Below are positions 56,981-64,000 of a stretch of DNA of 64,000 bases, in pieces. The stretch's first letter is position 1. Every line of letters begins with the position of its first letter. Made by a program: the position numbers and the translations under genes. Under the pieces are notes generated by a model, which searched no databases, was not told where the DNA came from, and saw only the letters and a program-made list of their open reading frames with translations. Source of the DNA: Rebecca billardiae RCC1528 (lineage: Eukaryota > Protista > Haptophyta); assembly GCA_965240325.2 (NCBI GenBank), contig OZ251230.1:1984001-2048000 (forward strand), given 5' to 3'.

Positions 56981-57675
56981 GCGAGGGCGGTGGTGATGGC
57001 GGTGGCGATGGCGGCGGAGATGGCGGCGGCGCGGGCGGTGGCGCTGGCGGCGGCGATGGCGGAGGCGACGGTGGCGGACTGGGTGGTGATGGTGGCGGCA
57101 GTGGCTCGGTGCGGGGCGGTGGTGGCGGCGCAGGCGGCGGCGCTGGCGGCGGCGCTGGCGGTGGCGATGGCGGCGGCAGCGGTGGCAGCCCGGGCGGCGG
57201 GCTTGGCGGTGGCGCCGGCGGCGGCAATGACGGCGGCGCTGGCGGCGGCGGCGAGGGCGGCGGCGAGGGCGGTGGCGAGGGCGGCGCCACGGGCGGCGGT
57301 GCTGGTGGCGGCGAGGGCGGCGGTGAGGGCGGCGGTAAGGGCGGCGGCGACGGCGGCGGTGAGGGCGGTGGCACGGGTGGCGGTGACGGTGGCAGTCCCG
57401 GCGGTGGCGAGGGCGGCGGCGACGGCCCCGGAGGTGGCGACGACGGCGGAGGCGACGGTGGAGGCTGCGGTGGCGCCGACGGCGGCGGACTGGGCGGCGG
57501 CAGTGGCGGCGGCACCGGTGGCGGTGACGGTGGCGGCGATGGCGGCGCCGACGGCGGTGGCGAGGGCGGCGGCGATGGCGGTGGCGAGGGCGGCGGCGAT
57601 GGCGGATGTGATGGCGGTGGTGACGGCGGTGGCGACGGCGGCGGCGACGGCGGTGGCGGCGACGGTGGCGGTAAT

Positions 57676-57706
<31 letters not shown>

Positions 57707-58437
57707 GCGAGGGCGGTGGCGATGGCGGTGGCGAGGGCGGCGGAGATGGCGGCGGCGCGGGCGGTGGCGATGGCGGCGGCGATGGCGGAGGCGACGGTGG
57801 CGGACTGGGTGGTGATGGTGGCGGCAGTGGCTCGGTGCGGGGCGGTGGTGGCGGCGCAGGCGGCGGCGCTGGCGGCGGCGATGGCGGTGGCGATGGCGGC
57901 GGCAGCGGTGGCAGCCCGGGCGGCGGGCTTGGCGGTGGCGCCGGCGGCGGCAATGGCGGCGGCGCTGGCGGCGGCGGCGAGGGCGGCGGCGAGGGCGGTG
58001 GCGAGGGCGGCGCCACGGGCGGCGGTGCTGGTGGCGGCGAGGGCGGCGGTGAGGGCGGCGGTGCTGGCGGCGGTGAGGGCGGCGGCACGGGCGGTGGTGA
58101 TGGCGGCGGTGACGGCGGCGGTGAGGGCGGCGGCACGGGCGGCGGTGACGGTGGCAGTCCCGGCGGTGGCGAGGGCGGCGGCGACGGCCCCGGAGGTGGC
58201 GACGACGGCGGAGGCGACGGTGGAGGCTGCGGTGGCGCCGACGGCGGCGGACTAGGCGGCGGCAGTGGCGGCGGCACCGGTGGCGGTGACGGTGGCGGCG
58301 ATGGCGGCGCCGACGGTGGGGGCGAGGGCGGCGGCGATGGCGGTGGCGAGGGCGGCGGCGATGGCGGATGTGATGGCGGTGGTGACGGCGGTGGCGACGG
58401 CGGCGGCGGCGGCGGTGGCGGCGACGGTGGCGGTAAT

Positions 58438-58468
<31 letters not shown>

Positions 58469-59199
58469 GCGAGGGCGGTGGCGATGGCGGTGGCGAGGGC
58501 GGCGGAGATGGCGGCGGCGCTGGCGGTGGCGATGGCGGCGGAGATGGCGGCGGCGCGGGCGGTGGCGATGGCGGCGGCGATGGCGGAGGCGACGGTGGCG
58601 GACTGGGCGGTGATGGTGGCGGCAGTGGCTCGGTGCGGGGCGGTGGTGGCGGCGCAGGCGGCGGCGCTGGCGGCGGCGATGGCGGTGGCGATGGCGGCGG
58701 CAGCGGTGGCAGCCCGGGCGGCGGGCTTGGCGGTGGCGCCGGCGGCGGCAATGGCGGCGGCGCTGGCGGCGGCGGCGAGGGCGGCGGCGAGGGCGGTGGC
58801 GAGGGCGGCGCCACGGGCGGCGGTGCTGGTGGCGGCGAGGGCGGCGGTGAGGGCGGCGGTAAGGGCGGCGGCGACGGCGGCGGTGAGGGCGGTGGCACGG
58901 GTGGCGGGGACGGTGGCAGTCCCGGCGGTGGCGAGGGCGGCGGCGACGGCCCCGGAGGTGGCGACGACGGCGGAGGCGACGGTGGAGGCTGCGGTGGCGC
59001 CGACGGCGGCGGACTGGGCGGCGGCAGTGGCGGCGGCACCGGTGGCGGTGACGGTGGCGGCGATAGCGGCGCCGACGGTGGTGGCGAGGGCGGCGGCGAT
59101 GGCGGTGGCGAGGGCGGCGGCGATGGCGGATGTGATGGCGGTGGTGACGGCGGTGGCGACGGCGGCGGCGACGGCGGTGGCGGCGACGGTGGCGGTAAT

Positions 59200-59230
<31 letters not shown>

Positions 59231-59961
59231 GCGAGGGCGGTGGCGATGGCGGTGGCGATGGCGGCGGAGATGGCGGCGGCGCGGGCGGTGGCGATGGCGG
59301 CGGCGATGGCGGAGGCGACGGTGGCGGACTGGGCGGTGATGGTGGCGGCAGTGGCTCGGTGCGGGGCGGTGGTGGCGGCGCAGGTGGCGGCGCTGGCGGC
59401 GGCGATGGCGGTGGCGATGGCGGCGGCAGCGGTGGCAGCCCGGGCGGCGGGCTTGGCGGTGGCGCTGGCGGCGGCAATGGCGGCGGCGCTGGCGGCGGCG
59501 GCGAGGGCGGCGGCGAGGGCGGTGGCGAGGGCGGCGCCACGGGCGGCGGTGCTGGTGGCGGCGAGGGCGGCGGTGAGGGCGGCGGTGCTGGCGGCGGTGA
59601 GGGCGGCGGCACGGGCGGTGGTGATGGCGGCGGCGACGGCGGCGGTGAGGGCGGCGGCACGGGTGGCGGTGACGGTGGCAGTCCCGGCGGTGGCGAGGGC
59701 GGCGGCGACGGCCCCGGAGGTGGCGACGACGGCGGAGGCGACGGTGGAGGCTGCGGTGGCGCCGACGGCGGCGGACTGGGCGGCGGCAGTGGCGGCGGCA
59801 CCGGTGGCGGTGACGGTGGTGGCGATGGCGGCGCCGACGGTGGGGGCGAGGGCGGCGGCGATGGCGGTGGCGAGGGCGGCGGCGAAGGCGGATGTGATGG
59901 CGGTGGTGACGGCGGTGGCGACGGCGGCGGCGACGGCGGTGGCGGCGACGGTGGCGGTAAT

Positions 59962-59992
<31 letters not shown>

Positions 59993-62900
59993 GCGAGGGC
60001 GGTGGCGATGGCGGTGGCGAGGGCGGCGGAGATGGCGGCGGCGCGGGCGGTGGCGATGGCGGCGGCGATGGCGGAGGCGACGGTGGCGGACTGGGTGGTG
60101 ATGGTGGCGGCAGTGGCTCGGTGCGGGGCGGTGGTGGCGGCGCAGGTGGCGGCGGTGGCGGTGGCGATGGCGGTGGCGATGGCGGCGGCAGCGGTGGCAG
60201 CCCGGGCGGCGGGCTTGGCGGTGGCGCCGGCGGCGGCAATGGCGGCGGCGCTGGCGGCGGCGGCGAGGGCGGCGGCGAGGGCGGTGGCGAGGGCGGCGCC
60301 ACGGGCGGCGGTGCTGGTGGCGGCGAGGGCGGCGGTGCTGGCGGCGGTAAGGGCGGCGGCGACGGCGGCGGTGAGGGCGGCGGCACGGGTGGCGGTGACG
60401 GTGGCAGTCCCGGCGGTGGCGAGGGCGGCGGCGACGGCCCCGGAGGTGGCGACGACGGCGGAGGCGACGGTGGAGGCTGCGGTGGCGCCGACGGCGGCGG
60501 ACTGGGCGGCGGCAGTGGCGGCGGCACCGGTGGCGGTGACGGTGGCGGCAATGGTGGCGGCGGCAACGGCGGTGGCGATGGCGGCGGGGATGGCGGCGGT
60601 GTAGGCGGGGGGGATGGCGGCGGCAGCGGAGGTGCCGTCGGCGGAGGCGACGGCGGCGGACTGGGCGGTGATGGCGGCGGCAGTGGCTCGGTGCGTGGCG
60701 GTGGCGGAGGTAAGGGTGGCGGCGCTGGCGGCGGCGAGGGCGGCGGCAGCGGCGGCATCGACGGCGGCGGCGAGGGCGGCGGGAGCGGCGGCGGGAGCGG
60801 CGGCATCGACGGCGGCGGCGAGGGCGGCGGGAGCGGCGGTGTGGCTGGAGGCGGTGGCGCAGGCGGCGGGCTGGGCGGCGGGCTGGGCGGCAGTCTCGGC
60901 GGCTTCGACGGCGGAGGCGGCGGAGACGGTGGCGCGGGCGGTGGCGGAGATGGAGCGGGAGGGCTCGGCGGCGGCAGCGGCGGCGGTGGGCCCGGAAGTG
61001 GCGGCGGTGACGGATGCGCGGGCGGCGGTCTCGGCGGCGGCGAGGGTGGGCGTGGCGGCGGCGGCGACGGCAGAGGTGGCGGAGGTGGGAGCGGCGGGGC
61101 CAGCGGTGGCGGCGAGGGCGGAGGCGATGGTGGTGAGCTCGGCGGTGACGGCGGTGGCAGCGGCAGCGTGCGCGGCGGCGGCGGCGGCGCAGGTGGAGGC
61201 GACGTGGGCGGCACTGGCGGCGGCAACGGCGGCGGTGATGGCGGCGGTGATGGCGGCGGTGTCGGCGGCGGCCCCGGTGGCTGGCTCGGCGGCGGCGAGG
61301 GTGGCGGTGACGGCGGCGGCGAGGGTGGCGGCGACGGCGGTGGGCTCGGCGGCACCGATGGCGGCGGCGATGGTGGCGATACTGGTGGCGGCGAGGGCGG
61401 TGGTCGCGGTGGCAGGCCTGGAGGCCGGCTGGGCGGCGGTGACGGCGGCGGCGACGGTGGCGGCGATGGTGGCGGCGTGGGTAGCTGCTGCGGTGGCGGC
61501 GACGGCGGTGGCGACGGCGGCGGCGATGGTGGCGATACTGGTGGCGGCGAGGGCGGTGGTCGCGGTGGCAGGCCTGGCGGCGGGCTGGGCGGCGGTGATG
61601 GCGGCAGCGATGGCGGCGGCGACGGTGGCGGCGTCGGCAGCGGTGGTGGCGGCGAGGGTGGCGGTGAAGGCGGCGGCCGCGGCGGCAGTGCCGGCGGTGG
61701 GCTGGGTGGCGGCGATGGCGGCGGCGACGGCGGCGGCGACGGCGGTGGCGACGGCGGCGGCGATGGTGGCGATACTGGTGGCGGCGAGGGCGGTGGTCGC
61801 GGTGGCAGGCCTGGCGGCGGGCTGGGCGGCGGTGATGGCGGCAGCGATGGCGGCGGCGACGGTGGCGGCGTCGGCAGCGGTGGTGGCGGCGAGGGTGGCG
61901 GTGAAGGCGGCGGCTGCGGCGGCAGTGCCGGCGGTGGGCTGGGTGGAGGCGATGGCGGCGGCGACGGCGGCGGCGACGGCGGCGGCGATGGTGGCGATAC
62001 TGGTGGCGGCGAGGGCGGTGGCAACGGCGGTGGTGGCGAAGGTGGTGGCGAGGGCGGCGGCGAGGGTGGCGGGTGCGGCGGCGGATGTGGCGGCGGGCTC
62101 GGAGGTGGCGAGGGTGGCGGCTTCGGCGGTGGGCTGGGGGGCGATGGCGGCGGGAGCGGCTCTGTGCGCGGTGGGGGCGGCGGCGAGGAGGGTGGTGGCG
62201 ACGGCGGAGGCGATGGCGGCGGTGACGGTGGCGGCGACGGCGGCGGCCTTGGGGGGGGCGATGGCGGCGGCGATGGTTGTGGCGGCGGCGGCGATGGCGG
62301 CGGTGACGGCGGCGGCGACGGAGGGGGCGTCGGCGGCGGCGAAGGCGGCGGTCTCGGCGGAGGCGCAGGCGGGGGAGACGGTGGTGGGCTCGGTGGGGAT
62401 GGCGGAGATGCCGGCGGAGGCGAGGGCGGGGGCACCGGCGGTGGCGACGGCGGCGGCCGCGGTGGCGGGCTTGGCGGCGGTGACGGGGGCAACGGCAGTG
62501 GCGGCGGGGGCGTGGGTGGCACTGGTGGCGAGGGCGGCGACGGTGGAGGCGGGGGCGGCGATGGCGGCGGACCCGGCGGCGGGCTCGGCGGTGGCTTTGG
62601 CGGGCGCGACGGCGGCGGCGGCGATGGGACGGGTGGCGGCGGCGGTGGGAACGGCTCAGTGCGAGGTGGCGGCGGTGGCGCTGGCGGCGGGGCCGGTGGC
62701 GAGGGTGGCGGGAACGGCGGGGGCGAGGGCGGCGGGCTCGGCGGCGGCGAGGGCGGCGGGCTCGGCGGCGGGCTCGGCGGTGGGCTCGGCGGCGGCGAAG
62801 GCGGCGGCGGGCTTGGCGGCGGACTGGGTGGTGGGCTTGGCGGCGGGCTCGGCGGCGGCGAGGGCGGCGGTGAGGGCGGAGGCGTCGGCGGCGGACTTGG

Positions 62901-63404
62901 CGGTGGCGAGGGTGGCGGGCTCGGCGGCGGGCTGGGCGGCGGGCTCGGCGGTGGCGGGCTCGGCGGCGGGCTCGGAGGTGGGGTCGGCGGCGAGCCCGGC
63001 GGAGGCGGGCTTGGCGGCGGGCTCGGTGGCGGACTCGGTGGCGGGCTCGGCGGCGGCGGGCTCGGCGGCGGCAGCGGCGGAGGGCTCGGTGGCACCGGCG
63101 GAGGCGTGGGGGGCGACGGCGGTGGTGGCGACGGCAATGGAGGCGGTGGCGTGGGCGGCGCCAGCGGGGGCGGCGGCGAGGGCGGTGGCGAGGGCGGCGG
63201 GCCCGGCGTCGAGCTCAGCTGCCTGCTCGAGCTGCCCCAGCTGCGGCTGGCCGCTGAGGCGGGCCCATCCGCGGGAGTAGCCGTCCCTCGGAGTGTGACG
63301 CCCGGCGCGCCCGCGCTGCGCGGGGCGCCCAGCAGCCAAAGCAGCGTGAAGAGCGCGGCGGCCGGCGGCCGTCGCCTCATCTGCGTTGGAGATGCGGGCG
63401 CCAT
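43836..63404 (-). CDS. Giant (6522 aa) type I membrane protein: signal peptide, Ser-Pro stalk, SdrD-B-like, IPT/TIG-like and REJ/PKD-like domains, TM helix, Pro/Ala-rich tail
   Basis: Uninterrupted ORF. Leader AAALFTLLWLLGA; SPPP region ~53980-63210; DGYLGDCTVFVDLDGDGVLDPGEP; FAWYAPPAVHAVAPATG...VTVRG; ALISGGAERTVGASGTLFLDGAASFDP...FEWRC...PPFGGAL; TM IAPAVVVVLVCAALLCCVALCAL at ~45835-45905. Confidence 0.75.
56900..60560 (-). repeat. Higher-order tandem repeat (~726-798 bp units) within the Ser-Pro stalk
   Basis: The markers GGCTCGGTGCGGGGC and GACGGCCCCGGAGGTGGCGACGAC recur; RTEPL spacings are ~762, 726, 798 and 726 bp. Confidence 0.85.
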
Positions 63405-63554
63405 CGCCCAAATGTTGGCTTCAAAGGCTCAAAAGCTCGATCGCCTGAGTGCCAACCACCTCCTGACCATCCATCCGCCAACTGTTCGATCCGGGACGCC
63501 GGTGGTGACAGTCCGGCTGGCTCCGGAAGCTCGTCTCAAGCTGGCGACGCAATA

Positions 63555-64000
63555 ATGATGGATGTCCTCCCGCGGTTGGTGACGATGACGTTCTCCGACG
63601 ACTCGACGTACGCTGCGCGCCTGCGCCACGTGTTCGGCGCGTGGGATCCGACCCTGCTCGTTGTCCCCCGCGCCACGATCGATCGCTCTCGCCGGCTCGT
63701 GTCGCTCGCCGAGGAGGGTCGCGTCCTCCCTGCCAGCGTCACGCCGGCCGAGCTCACCCGCGCCAAGCAGATTGTCGCCGACGCCGTGCACCCGGTGACC
63801 GGCGACGTGCTGCCGAACTTCTGCCGGAAGTCCAGCGCGATCCCAGTGAACTCGCTCATCGCCGCGGCCATGATCTCCACCTCGTCCGTCAGTGGCACCG
63901 CCGGCCTGCACATCTACTACCAGGCGTACCAGTCGGCCGTGCGGTACGCAAACCACGCGGACGAGCGCCACCCGCTGCAGTCGCGCCGGTTGTGGCTCGG
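63555..64000 (+). CDS. Sideroflexin (mitochondrial tricarboxylate carrier family)-like protein, 5' partial
   Basis: Not in the ORF track because no stop falls in the window. Manual translation gives MMDVLPRL...DDSTYAARLRHVFGAWDP...ELTRAKQIVADAVHPVTGDVLPNFCRKSSAIPVNSLI...YQSAVRYAN, matching the sideroflexin pattern DQSTF.GR.RHF..DP / HPDTGE / RMS..P.N / VNY.N. Confidence 0.75.
   Translation, partial: MMDVLPRLVTMTFSDDSTYAARLRHVFGAWDPTLLVVPRATIDRSRRLVSLAEEGRVLPASVTPAELTRAKQIVADAVHPVTGDVLPNFCRKSSAIPVNSLIAAAMISTSSVSGTAGLHIYYQAYQSAVRYANHADERHPLQSRRLWL

Noticed and set aside
54047-63555. Gly-rich (2607 aa) and Ala-rich plus-strand ORFs
   Set aside because: Antisense shadows of the CCG-rich Ser-Pro stalk; the minus frame has the signal peptide and continues into recognisable domains.

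Overview
Very GC-rich eukaryotic nuclear DNA. It has short GT-AG introns (GTGCGY/GTACGG...GCAG) and CAT/TA-rich intergenic tracts; a haptophyte or similar alga (Pavlovales-like) is inferred, not verified. The left part (1-20.3 kb) carries an OTU-like/STI1 protein, a coiled-coil protein, a double DUF229-like protein, a cyclin, a class V aminotransferase, a thioredoxin, a 311-bp inverted repeat and a MATE-like transporter. The centre (20.0-43.8 kb) is the most striking part: five tandem, intact, intronless genes, each encoding an Arg-rich leader, a TALE-like array of near-identical 37-aa (111-bp) HPR/OPR-type repeats and a C-terminal RAP (PD-(D/E)xK-like) domain. The arrays have 12.5, 12.5, 9.5, 21.5 and 13.5 repeats. 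Variation is concentrated in two residues (F-x-A-Q-z), so each paralogue spells a different code. This looks like a rapidly recombining, naturally modular nucleic-acid-targeting nuclease family. The cluster also contains orphan MATE exons, a 1.8-kb insertion with a gene-like fragment and a MITE. The right part holds a 6522-aa Ser-Pro stalk/IPT/REJ/TM receptor-like gene and the 5' part of a sideroflexin-like gene.
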